Below are positions 1-11,244 of a stretch of 64,000 nucleotides of DNA, piece by piece. Positions within the stretch are counted from its first letter, which is position 1, and each line of letters begins with the position of its first letter. The notes beneath the pieces are model-generated. The model was not told the origin of the DNA. It saw nothing but the letters and a program-made list of their open reading frames with translations, and did not search any database. The translations under genes and the position numbers were made by a program. Source of the DNA: Eukaryota sp. GEM-RC1 (Eukaryota); contig JAUFOQ010000002.1 of assembly GCA_040285855.1 (NCBI GenBank), positions 2,480,001 to 2,544,000 on the forward strand, read 5' to 3'.

Positions 1-1064
1 AGATCCAACTCTTCTAGATGTCGATTGCCCGGGTTTCTCAGTCCCAGAACATCAGTCCAAGACTTCAGAATTTGCTTCTCACATCATGTCTGTGGCTGGG
101 GAGCAGCTCTCAGAAACTATATTCTCTAGAGCCCTGAGAACTGGTGAATCAGCTGTCTTTCCAGCCTTTTCCCTGCCATGTTCTGCTGTTATAGCGTGCG
201 TAGATCCTAGGTATGCCTTCAAATACTACTCTGCCTCTGTTAATGCTCTCCACAGCTACGTCCGGGCGTCTCTGGAACTGGCCATTGAGAATTATTTCTA
301 TACTGTTTGCTTAACTCCCATTTGGTCTAAGAACAAAGATTATCCTGAACAAGATGCTATCCACATTGTTCTACGTTCCATCCGCAAGTTCTTTGATCAC
401 TATATCCAGACTCAATCGGAATTGCCATGTTAAATCATCCTAAACGTTCCAGAAAACTTTGGTTACACTCATACCTACAGAACTCTTCTTGATACTCTTC
501 CCTATTATTTCCCTCGTACAGCAGAGGAAGCTTCCGCTACTAGTCCTCTTCTCCCCTGCAGATGTAGGAAATGAATGGGGAGAGTACCAAGATGCTGAGA
601 GAACTCTTTCCATTGTCGACAGCATTCTCCCTACTTCATCTTCTCTCTTTGAATTGATTGCCAATTATTATTGACTGACACTAGTTTGTGCTGGAAGAAA
701 TTTCCAACACTTGGTGTCTTTTTTTAACAATTTCTTAACGATTTAAAATTTGATTTTATATGCAAAAATTGATGAACACATACTAATTTAAAAAATATCA
801 GAATTATAATTGTCCTAATCTATGGCGTTGTTCTTTTACAACTTACAAAGTAACCACAAAGTTGCAGTAAGGAAACTCCATGTCAGCATTCAGAGAAGGA
901 TTGTTGATACCGAGGAGCGAAACTCCGAGTGCTTCTGGCATGTCTCGGAGTTCCTGATCGAGCGTGGACATCGATCAGGTTTGACACCATCGGGAGCACG
1001 GTGTTAGCGGCAGCTTCTGGGATGGCGTACAGCAAGCTGCCCTCGACTGTGTGTAGTCAATGCC

Positions 1065-1205
1065 TCCAACCATCGATCTTCATGGTCTCTAATGTTCCAG
1101 TTCATAACAACTTCATTGATTTTGTTCCTCGCTGTAATGCATTCTCGGAACTGTGTCCTGAGGATGATTTTAATAAAGAGGTTGCGGTGATCTTTCGTTG
1201 TTTTG
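1065..1205 (-). repeat. Dispersed fragment of the gag region of the Ty3/gypsy element at 48689-54909
   Basis: Reverse complement (caaaacaacgaaagatcaccgcaacctctttattaaaatcatcctcaggacacagttccgaga...gatggttgga) aligns without gaps and with few substitutions to 50311-50451. Confidence 0.9.
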
Positions 1206-1238
1206 TGTATATCAACGAACCGACATCAGTGTTCCTTA

Positions 1239-1577
1239 TCAGATATTAGTTATTGCCTTCTCGACACGTGCTGCATTCTTGAAGAAATATTCTGGGTAAG
1301 ATTCTTCAATCTCGATGGCAGTTGCCCCTTCGGCAATATGATCAATGATTAGATCATCCAGATCAGTCTTCCTCTCACAAGAAGTAGGAATGATGGCAAT
1401 GTTCATTGTTAAGGCAGCAGAATCCTTTTTCATCACATATCTGGAATTAGTTAAACTTCAAATTTAATACCTCAAAGAATCGGACCATGAGAACTTGGTC
1501 ATCAGTTCAAATGGTCCAGGGCAGATGGACCCAACAAAGTTCAAATGGTAAATATTCTGTTTGGTGATAGTTCTCAT
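1239..1577 (-). pseudogene. Short spliced ORF (intron 1441-1470), possible relic of a CRESS-DNA virus Rep
   Basis: Removing GTATTA...CTAATTCCAG joins ...DSLR-YVMKK in frame; YxxK followed by RKTDL...EESYPEYFFKN resembles Rep motif III plus the oligomerisation domain; judged by eye only. Confidence 0.35.
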
Positions 1578-3121
1578 AGTTTAAACAATTTTATTAAAGT
1601 CATATACATGTATCATGCAGGTCAAAATACAAGCAACCTTAAAAACTATACAAACATACCCTTCACTATGCTTGTATTGCATCCTTGCTTGGATGAACGG
1701 CCGTTAAGTCTCACTTTTATATAATTAAAGAATATTTATGACAAGAGCAACAACATTGCATTGGAGAAAATACATAGTGCCAACTAGAACCAGTTATCGT
1801 TAAGATACTCAAGTCGATCATGAACATCTGATACTAAATAAATTAGGACCCAATCATTGATTTCTTGATCAAAACAGGTGTTCATAAACCTCGTTAATTA
1901 AGCCACCGCTCAATCATACTCTTTACTCATCCGTGTAGAACAAATATATAAAGCGTAAAAATTGAAAAACTTGATTATATCATTGTTTCCTGGAACTCTA
2001 GTATATCTTGCATTACAGACTTGTCTCTCAGGATGTTCCAGTTTTTTTAAAATATTATGATGATTAAGATCATTTATAATACTAGTAACTGAAGTCCGTC
2101 AAAAATTCCATCATAAGTCACTGTGTAGAGTCCAACTTGGAATGATTTTGTTCTCCTTTTCAGCAGCTCCCGAGGGTTTTTGCAAAGAATCTGAAAACTG
2201 TCTAATTTATCGCAAATTTGTGAAGGAGTTACTGCTTGTGGTGGCAAAGTTATCTACTTTGTAATCCATAAAAAGATACTTTTAAAAGACAAATTCATAT
2301 GTGATACATTCCATGAAATCTATGATACGCCTATTCACGTCACAAATTGTACTTAACACGTTGAGAAATCGACCTCTATTACGTTTTATGTCATGTCACG
2401 TGTTAGCGTCCACTGCATTTAATCAGAGTCTATAAAAATACTCATTTCCTTCCGTTGATCGGCTTTGAATTGGAACATTTCTTACTCTTGATCGGAATAG
2501 AATGAACACGTGTTGACACTAACATCACACTATTCCGACACTGTTGATGAGCTAATCTTTGGCACATGAACACTAACAGCAGTTGTCACATGTCAGAACT
2601 TTACCGCTTGAGAATCTATTCTACGGTATTCTCTCACACTGAGATAGCTTGTCAAAAGGTAATACCGAGACTTCTATTCCACATCAATTTCTGTGAGCCA
2701 GGTAATTGTATCAAAGTCAACGAGAAGAGGAGGTCCAGATTGATGCTGTTTATTGCTGTAAAGCTTTGGATTTGATCAAAAACTCACGTGTGAAGATAAA
2801 AAACCGTTGAAGAAAATGTTCCCAAATCTACAAAGACGAAAATGTTGTATATCTTAGCGGTGAAGAGTTTTACACCAATTTTTTGGTTTGAAAATTCAAA
2901 TTAGTTCCAATAGATGTACATGTACAGTACATGTAGTACTTTTTAAAAAACAATATTTTTATAAATTTAAATGTATATCAAATATAACTATGCTCATTTG
3001 ATGAAACAACAAACCGTTTTTAAAAAGCACGCATAATGTGTTGTTTTTCAAGAGCATGCAATATCTGATTAAAACTTTTAAAAATAAGTCTTAATAATAA
3101 AACAAAAAGTACACAAAACTC

Positions 3122-4114
3122 TTACACAACCAACTTTCCAACCGAAACTTCCGTCAGCTCTGCAATCAATCCAGTCAACTGCAAGACACTAGAAGCTGAA
3201 CGATTAATTGTATGTTGTTTAATAGCCATAATCCGAAGATACTCTAACCTCAACTGTTCAGGTAAGGAGACCCTCTGTACTAGTTTAAATAGAGTAGAAA
3301 CAATGTCAGAAGTTGCATATCCCTGATCATGAAGGTCTAACACCTTCTTTAAAGCAGCATTCAAATTCCCTGCTTCACATAGTTCTATAATGTTAGCTGC
3401 TATCAAAGGGTGCGGCTGGTCGCAGACTTTGTACACGGCTTCTTGAGTGACTGCACCAAAACCAGAGAAGGTAGCCTGTAGATTGTTAATTCCTTGTCTC
3501 ATATCACCTTCAGCAGTGAAAATGATAGCTTCTAGCCCGGGGTCGTCGTAGGTAACTGACTCAGCTTGAGCTATTACTTGGAGTCTGTCCAGTATTTGGA
3601 AGGGTTCTAGTCGAGTGTAGCGTAAGATAGCACATCGGGATTGAATAGGTTCAATGATTTTAGAGGAGTCATTACAAGCAAGTGCAAATCTAGTGGTTTC
3701 AGTATACAGTTCCATTGTTCTTCTCATTGCTTGTTGAGCAGCTGACGTCATGGAGTCAGCTTCATCAAGGATGATTATTTTGTGTTGTCCCGGTTGTAGA
3801 GAGACGTGTTTTTGAGCAAACATTTTGATTTTGGTACGGACAACATCAATACCACGGTCATCTGAAGCATTAAGTTCAAGAACAGCTTCTTTAGAGGAAT
3901 TGCCGAGAAGAGTGGAAGCAAGACATTTAATAGATGTAGTTTTACCACAACCAGGAGGTCCAGTTAAGATAAGATTAGGCATGTTTCCTTCTACTGCCAT
4001 TACTTTTAGTCTGGCAATAGCATCTTCATTACCAACAATATCATTCAATATACGTGGACGATACTTTTCTACCCAAGGAAGACTCGAAGAAAGACTTTGT
4101 GAAGATGATTGCAT
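3122..4114 (-). CDS. RFC2: Replication factor C small subunit (human RFC2 / yeast Rfc4 type)
   Basis: PWVEKYRP, Walker A GPPGCGKT, LELNASDDRGIDVVR, KIIILDEADSMT, SRC motif; uninterrupted 330 aa. Confidence 0.95.
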   Translation of the reverse strand: MQSSSQSLSSSLPWVEKYRPRILNDIVGNEDAIARLKVMAVEGNMPNLILTGPPGCGKTTSIKCLASTLLGNSSKEAVLELNASDDRGIDVVRTKIKMFAQKHVSLQPGQHKIIILDEADSMTSAAQQAMRRTMELYTETTRFALACNDSSKIIEPIQSRCAILRYTRLEPFQILDRLQVIAQAESVTYDDPGLEAIIFTAEGDMRQGINNLQATFSGFGAVTQEAVYKVCDQPHPLIAANIIELCEAGNLNAALKKVLDLHDQGYATSDIVSTLFKLVQRVSLPEQLRLEYLRIMAIKQHTINRSASSVLQLTGLIAELTEVSVGKLVV

Positions 4115-4187
4115 GAACCGAGATGTATGTTGAAGTTGTTAAAGAGAAATTTGATGGTCATTATTTTCCAACCTAATCTGAAACCAA

Positions 4188-6008
4188 ATGTCTCGAAGGT
4201 CTCTCTCTCACTTCCAAGACTACTCCACTGAGTGTATCTATGACGAAGCTGACCAAGCTTACCTTAATTCTCTTTCTGCTCTGGAACGGGAACAAATTCT
4301 TGCAGACCGTCACACTGAACTTCAACGAAAGAAAGATTTAGAAACTTATACTGGAACTCGTGGTAGAGTAACTCCTGATGCTCTCACCATCGCTGCTGCT
4401 GTCAAACAAGACCTCTCCAAGCCCAAGAAACCTTCCTCTCGCCCAAAGTACACCACCATTGACGAAGACGACGACTTCTTAGAACCATCTGATGTTGATG
4501 AAGAAAGGGAATCTGACGAGGAATGGGCCCCTGACTCTCAGAAGTCCTCCAAGAAAGCCAAAGCCAAAGCTTTACGAGAGCTCAAAAGTCAGAAGAAGTC
4601 AACAAGAAAGACCAAGACTCCACGTAAACCCCGTCGCAAAGGTGTCAACGTTGACCATCTGGATTCAGAAGACATATTCGACGAAGGAGGGGAAGAGATT
4701 GGGGAGAGTGAACATGATTATCCTGAGGACGAAGACATTGACCAAGAGGAAGATATGTCTCAATCAGAAGACGAAATTCAAGGTCCCACCCAATTGGACA
4801 GGATGGGAACAGAACTAGCAAAGAAGAACGTTCTAACTACTACTTCAGTTGAAGATAATCATCATTTAGATATCGACGAAATGGACGTTTGGAGGATGGT
4901 GTTGTATCGTAATCATTTGATGACAAAATTAAAATTTCCAAATATTGATCAATTGGTCAAGGGTTTTCTTGTTAGGCTTAAGGAACCGCCAAAAGATCCG
5001 TTAACTGACACTGATCCACCTCGGTATTATCTGGCTCCCATATTACGACTTAACCCTGAACTTGAACAGATTATTATTCCAAAAGACATGTCTAATTTGA
5101 GCCAGGAAAGAGAAATCGGAGTGAAGGATATTTCAAATAGTGATCCGTTGAAAAATTTAAAAAAACACACTGATTATATTCCTGATTATGACGCGAAGGA
5201 ATATTTGAATAAGTTGAAAGAGGTTGAGGGTCGATTGCCATCAAAATCAGAGGTTGAGCAGATGATTGAAACCTTCAAATCTAAAACTTCCTATATGAGT
5301 GAAGTTGATGTTCAGGAACGGCTTAAAAACAAAAAAGTCAAAACTAAGTATGATCTTGTACGTGATTTGATTGAATCAAAACGTCGCGTGGAGGGCATGA
5401 AGGACGATAACGTGGATGTTTATCTGGCTCAACACGCTAAGGCAAAAAAGACTGAGCAAGAACTGGCCAAGAAAGTTTCTGCATCATCATCTGATTATGC
5501 ACTTGAAGATATTTCAAAAAAGAACAGATATTTAAACAAAATGGCTGTTATTGATGGTAAACGGGCTTTGAAACAGAACCAAAGTAATGTACTACGGAGA
5601 GCTTCCGGTGGTGACGTGAAGAGAAAGAAATTAGACGAAAGTGAAAAGGAAGAGCTGAAGAAGGATTTCGGAAGAAGGGCTCAGGATATTGACTGTGATG
5701 ACGTGATGAAGGATTGGATTGTTGATGTGATGGTGAAGGACAAAGTAAGAAGTGTTGAGAGTAATGGTCATGGTCATCGTGATTCTGTTTCTGATGCAGG
5801 ACTAGTGGAGAAAATCAAATGTGATTGGGCTCAATCAAGAAAGGATCATACCAATGATCAAATGCTGTCGGCAATGTTGTCGTTACCTGGCATTGCTTCG
5901 AGAGCTATGTGTAATTCCCAATTTGTCAAGCAATACACTGCTCGTCCTTCTGATGGGAACGTGATCACTTTGTCTGATTATAGAGCTGCATTGGATGACA
6001 GAGGTTAG
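4188..6008 (+). CDS. RTF1: RTF1-like Paf1 complex subunit (HMD plus Plus3 domain)
   Basis: N-terminal DEADQAYLNSLSALEREQILADR (histone modification domain), acidic/basic linker, Plus3-like RNHLMTKLKFPNIDQLVKGFLVRL...YYLAPI, coiled-coil C-terminus. Confidence 0.75.
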   Translation: MSRRSLSHFQDYSTECIYDEADQAYLNSLSALEREQILADRHTELQRKKDLETYTGTRGRVTPDALTIAAAVKQDLSKPKKPSSRPKYTTIDEDDDFLEPSDVDEERESDEEWAPDSQKSSKKAKAKALRELKSQKKSTRKTKTPRKPRRKGVNVDHLDSEDIFDEGGEEIGESEHDYPEDEDIDQEEDMSQSEDEIQGPTQLDRMGTELAKKNVLTTTSVEDNHHLDIDEMDVWRMVLYRNHLMTKLKFPNIDQLVKGFLVRLKEPPKDPLTDTDPPRYYLAPILRLNPELEQIIIPKDMSNLSQEREIGVKDISNSDPLKNLKKHTDYIPDYDAKEYLNKLKEVEGRLPSKSEVEQMIETFKSKTSYMSEVDVQERLKNKKVKTKYDLVRDLIESKRRVEGMKDDNVDVYLAQHAKAKKTEQELAKKVSASSSDYALEDISKKNRYLNKMAVIDGKRALKQNQSNVLRRASGGDVKRKKLDESEKEELKKDFGRRAQDIDCDDVMKDWIVDVMVKDKVRSVESNGHGHRDSVSDAGLVEKIKCDWAQSRKDHTNDQMLSAMLSLPGIASRAMCNSQFVKQYTARPSDGNVITLSDYRAALDDRG

Positions 6009-7070
6009 TAGAAGTTTTGTGATTGATTTTGATCTGTTTCTTTATGTGTTTTGGATGCTGCAGATTATTTTGAAATATTTGAAATATTTGGATTACGGTT
6101 GCACTCATTCCTATGTATTCTGAAATTGAGTGAATATACACTCTTTTGTCAGTTTTTAAGTTTTTTGTTCAGTATTAATAAATGAACATGTACTTATTTT
6201 TCTTTGAATCCTTCGGTCAATTTTCAGCAACAGTTGAATAGTAACAAGAATTCAATGCTCACTAAATAGTCCAAATTTACAAGGGTTACTGGCCAAATTT
6301 AAATTATCAGTTCTTTTCTCATTTCTCAAAAAATGGTTTAACATCAATTTTGTTTTTAAAAATTCTGATTTTCGCGGCAAGAATACCATTTGAATAAAGC
6401 TCTTTCTTTGGTGAGATTCACAGGCTACTTGTTTTTGTCCTGAGCAAGTGTTAACACGTAGAATTTTACAGGATGATATCTGTTCAAGTCTCACGTAATC
6501 TGAGCTATCATCTTCATCAAAATTTGCCTTAATCGGTGAACAGAACCGTACCATGCGAATGGGGACAATTGAGATCCACGGTTTAGAGTTCAAACGCCGC
6601 AACGATTGAGGAGCTCTTTGATTCATGTTAGACATCGAGTTGTGACAATAGAACAACTACAAACCAATAGAATTACATGAGAAATCCCTAGTTGGAATTA
6701 CTTGAAGGGAGTGCGAAAGCAATATCGAGGATCCAATGTTAAGTCTTGTTGGTGGCAAGAATACAGTTCAATATAGGGTCAGGATTAGGATACGTATATG
6801 TTACGGTGACCTCACTCATCAAGTCGTGATGTTTTCCATTTAACGGATCCACAAACATGACATGTCCATAAAACAGAATATGTGAAGGAACCTATGAATC
6901 GATCATAAAGAAACTGACTATAATTGAGAACCTGTTTTCGCTGTTGTGCTGTTGTAAGAAACATGAATTGATGAAAGGATGCTGATGAAAACGGCCGTGT
7001 TGTAGAAAAACACGGCTCGTAAAATCTGGGAAGTCAAATTTTTGAATGCTATTGACAAGTTCTTCTGATT

Positions 7071-8714
7071 ATGTATTGTCCTGTGTGTTACGAAGACTAT
7101 AACAGCTCCTCCCGACCACCAATGGTGCTATGTCAGGAAGCACATTCCACGTGTTCTGAATGTATGCCAAAGCTTAAAGGATGTCCGATCTGTCGTGGAC
7201 GATGCTTTCCACAACCCAAACTGAACTATGCCATGGTTGAAGCCCTTGAACAGATAGAAAACGGTGAGCTATGTCCAGAGATACCTTTAGTATCGATCAA
7301 GAACTTTTCTCAACCTCCTGTATGTGAAGGCGTTGTTCTATCTGCTTCTGCCAATTGGGGTGGTCAAAAGTCGCCATCAAGACAATGCCAAATACTGTCG
7401 GAAATCAACAGAAACTGAAAAGAGAATGGAAAAGTTCTCAACAGTTATCGCCACCCTTCAGTACTTCAGGGCTTCGGCATCGTCAATGCCCCTACATGTA
7501 CTGGCCTAGTGGTAGAACACCCTTCTCAATCTTTGATTCTTCCTTCTGCTTTGGATTCCACCACTCTAGCTCTTGCAATTTCCATGTCTTCAGTTGTCCA
7601 GTTTCTTCACTCTATCTCCTTCATACATACTCAATTACAACCATCGAGTTTCATCGTTGTAGGTGACCAACTCAAGCTCACTACCTTTGACAGGGCAACT
7701 CTTGATGATTCCACTTGTAGTGGTTTCTGCAAGTACTTTGCTCCTGAGATCACTGGTTATCTATTTCCTTCTGCTGAATCTGACATTTACTCCCTTGGAG
7801 TCATTCTGTATGAACTTCTGGCAAACTCAGTCTTCCCTGATCACGTCATCAACTTTCCACTTTCATTTCCTCTCTCCTTCCCCACTAATCTAAAGAACGT
7901 GATCCTCAATTGCACCGCACTGGATCCTTCCCTTAGACCTTCCATTGATGACGTGTTGGGCGTGTTGACTTCGCTTAATGAACTTTCTCTTTCTGGTCCA
8001 ACTATCAATAATTCTTCACACCTTTCTTATGAATTTGAACAAGAAAAGATTGAATTCTCTATGTTGCAGTCTAATTGTACTTCTTTAGTAAGTACCAATG
8101 GCAAACTTTCTTCTGAAAACAAGTCATTGTCAACAGAACTAGATAAGATTCAGTCTCAATTAAGGATTCGTGAAGCTCATGTTTTTGATTTGGAAGAATT
8201 AGTTAGATCTCTAAAAGTTGAATTAAATGAAGTCAAAATACCTTTTGGTTTAAAATTAGTTATTAATTCTAGTATTTTGGGACCAGCACTTTCCAACCTT
8301 AACTTCATATTTCACGTTTCTGGCAACTTTGACCTAATTGAACGATATGCAGGTTCTGTGTTTAGAGTCAAGTCATTTCCTTACAACGTCCAGAACTTAC
8401 TCGTACTAGTAAAGACTTTGAAGGGATCTTTATTCGGCTGTTTCTTCCCCTATGGTTTTCATTCTCGTTGTTCTCTGTTTCACTTAGCTCCAAATAATCC
8501 AAAAGTTTTCTGCAACAATGTCGTCAATGACAATGTCTTTTCTCTTTGTAATAATATGGTTTCTCCTAATGCTGGTGTTGTACTGGGAGACTTTGGATTT
8601 GGAACGGAGAATTTAAGAAGGGTAAGTGATTTTAGAAGAGGGGAATTAGTTCCAGAAGTAGATTTCACAGCTGAGTTCATTGAAGTTTATCGAGTGCAAC
8701 TCAATATTAAATAA
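7071..8714 (+). CDS. RING finger - pseudokinase - coiled coil - TLDc-like protein (two homopolymer frameshifts near 7357 and 7430)
   Basis: CPVC...C.EAH..C..C...CPIC RING; KVAIK, RHPSV..FG, APE, SDIYSLGVILYEL, RPS kinase motifs, but HTQLQP and TFD replace HRDLK and DFG; C-terminal LLVLVKTLKGSLFGCF...FGFG...FIEVYRV is TLDc-like. Confidence 0.7.
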
Positions 8715-8964
8715 ATTAAACCTCTGCAAATATTTGGTTGAATAATAGAGCCACTTCAAACTCAATCATTATTTAAGTTTTGTATTTTGCATTAGATCCT
8801 TTCAAGTATTCAAGTGTATATTATTCAAAAGAAATGAAGCAACCGAATGTTATTCAATAACAGAAATTCGAAAATCAATATAACTAATTTAAATGTTCAT
8901 GTACATGTACTTGCAAAAATTGTGCAAAGTACTAGTACAACCATAATTTAATTACAAAAGTCAA

Positions 8965-10750
8965 TTATCTACACGTGTCATAGTCACGATTGGACATCGA
9001 TAGAGTCCTAAAGCTTACCCTTGCCTTAAAAAAACTTAGCTCAAGTATTTTAAACTTAGTATTTCCACATCGGAATAATCCCAAATGAAGATTCAAACTA
9101 TTGTTCAACAATTTCATCAAATCATCAACTACTTCATCTCCAAATCTATTTTCAGATAGATCTAGACCAACAAGAGTCGTATTAGAATGTAAGGCTTCTA
9201 CAAGACTTGAGCATCCTTCTATACAAATAGAATTGCCTTTATATAAACCTTCCTGATTGAGCAATTTTTTCCAAGGCTGTTCCCACAATGAAAGCTCCCA
9301 CACTTCCCATGTTTACTCTGTTCAAGTGGAGTGTTTCCAGAGCGTGTAGTCTATGTAGAACATCGGCAACTGCAGCAACACCCTCAGGATTTAGGCAATT
9401 ACAACTCAAATCCAGCACTTTGAGCGAAGGTGGTAGGCATTTTACAAGGTTCGAAATTCCAATTGATGTTATTGAATTCTGACCGAGTAGAAGTCTTGAA
9501 AGTTGAGCACCATCTAATGCTTCAGCCAAGGGAAGGCAATAGTCATCATTAACTGATGATTTAGTCAGATCCAGTTCTTTTAGAGTGTGGTGACACTTCA
9601 ACATCTTGATCACTGCGGGAATTAAACCCAGAACTAAGGGCTTTGCTTTAAAAACAGTCACAGATGACTGCAAAATCAAATCTGTTAGTTTCAAGTGGGA
9701 AACAGAAAGTTCTTTTGGTTTACGTACTTCTTCAGCAGGTGAGGGACTGCTGCATGAAAAATAGGACTCAACATCAACCGTATCCTCTAAAACATTCCTT
9801 ATATCAGCAGCACTTCCAGAAGGTCTAGAGTTGTTAGTGGCTGATCGTATACAAAGCCTCTTAAATTCGCTATACATTGAAATGACACGACCAGGCTGCT
9901 CCTTCCGAATCTGATCCTTTAGAGAGTTGTTTGAAAAATTCTCCAAATATTGAGGCAAAATGAGGTCTTTTAGTGCAGGTGAAGGTAATGAATCTTAAAT
10001 ATTGATGAACAAAAGCAGTCTTGAGACAGGATAATGCTTCAAAATATCAAGAAGAAACAGAGAGTTAAACTCGAGAAATTTGAATTTACAAAAAGCTTCA
10101 ATTGTTTGATTCTTGTTTTCTGGAACTTTGATCAAATCATATGATATTAAAAACAATGAATCTTGGTATAATCGAATTAAATCTTCGTTGTCCAATGTAC
10201 TAATTCGCCAATTGGTCCTTCTGGCATATCAGGAAATTCATAACCAAATTCATTCATCAAACCAAGTACGTTTTGAATTGTAGCAAACTTAGATTTGGGT
10301 GGTAGAAGGAAATCGAACTGTGGACGAACCAATCCATGCAGGATTGCTCCATCAAAAACATCATCAACTAATTCAATTTGAGATGTAAAAGGATTTACAA
10401 TAACTCCCCTAGAAGTTCTACTTACTGTCACGAAACTTTGAACTGAACTCGACATCAAAACAATCTTCTCATCACTACCATATCCACGTCATAGGCGATT
10501 ACGACGTTCAATAAACTCTTTAATCACAAGAAAAACTGATAACGTTTGTGATGTCTCAACGATTCTGAAATAATCAATACATCCACCGACAGTTAAATCA
10601 TCACGAGGCTGAATTTCAGTACAACCAATTTTGATTGAATCAATTTGAGCTACGGTCTTAATTGTATCAATCATCTCATGGTAATTCTCGATAGCACGAT
10701 TGCAACCTGATTCTAATCGAGAGTGACTGTGGAACAGATCAGAAATTGGA
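8965..10750 (-). pseudogene. RNI-like leucine-rich repeat protein, broken into several ORFs (8965-9303, 9239-9958 and probable N-terminal pieces up to ~10750)
   Basis: LKELDLTKSSV, LSRLLLGQNSI, LKVLDLSCNCL, LETLHLNRVNM, LVGLDLSENRF; upstream ORFs 10489-10674 and 10177-10458 share a frame separated by one TGA; 5' extent uncertain. Confidence 0.65.
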
Positions 10751-11244
10751 CATTCTGCTGTTTTACTTTCTGCGTGTTCAGAAGTGTTAAATCGCGAACT
10801 TGACCGACAAATTTCAAAAAATCAAGAAGATGTTCAGATGTGCAGCTATATAACACTTGTAAATTTGAAGTTCATCATCATCGACTAGTGTATCTGAATT
10901 TAAACCAATTGTCCTGATATTCTCTCTAGCGTTGATAGCAATACGTTCAATGTGTGAGGATACAGCTGTGGTTTGATAGTTATAGGTGTTGATTTAATGT
11001 TAACGAATTGTAGTATATAACAAGTACTTCTTCACACTTACATGTATATAAATACTTTCCTAAAAAAAGTATTCAATAATTTGAATTTTTACAAGTATTT
11101 GGTTGAACACTGAAACAGCTTCAAACTCAAACACTATCATTTCCTGTGACCGCAAGAAACAGTGACAGTGTGAATCGGGTTGTTGACCTAATGACAATGA
11201 GAAGACTGAATTTAATTAAAACAATAAACATATTTCAATACTGA

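Noticed and set aside
86..674. Two short + strand ORFs at the window start
   Set aside because: They look coding-like but I recognise no family; probably fragments of a gene or element starting before the window
3825..4133. Antisense or alternate-frame ORFs over real genes (also 4492, 21831, 22146, 30941, 39045, 44364, 61072)
   Set aside because: Shadow ORFs of well-supported genes, with no motifs of their own
6252..6656. 134 aa minus-strand ORF
   Set aside because: Non-ATG start, no motifs, AT-rich intergenic context
10489..10491. Stop-codon reassignment suggested by an in-frame TGA
   Set aside because: Single case; TGA, TAA and TAG all end well-defined genes here, and conserved genes have no internal stops
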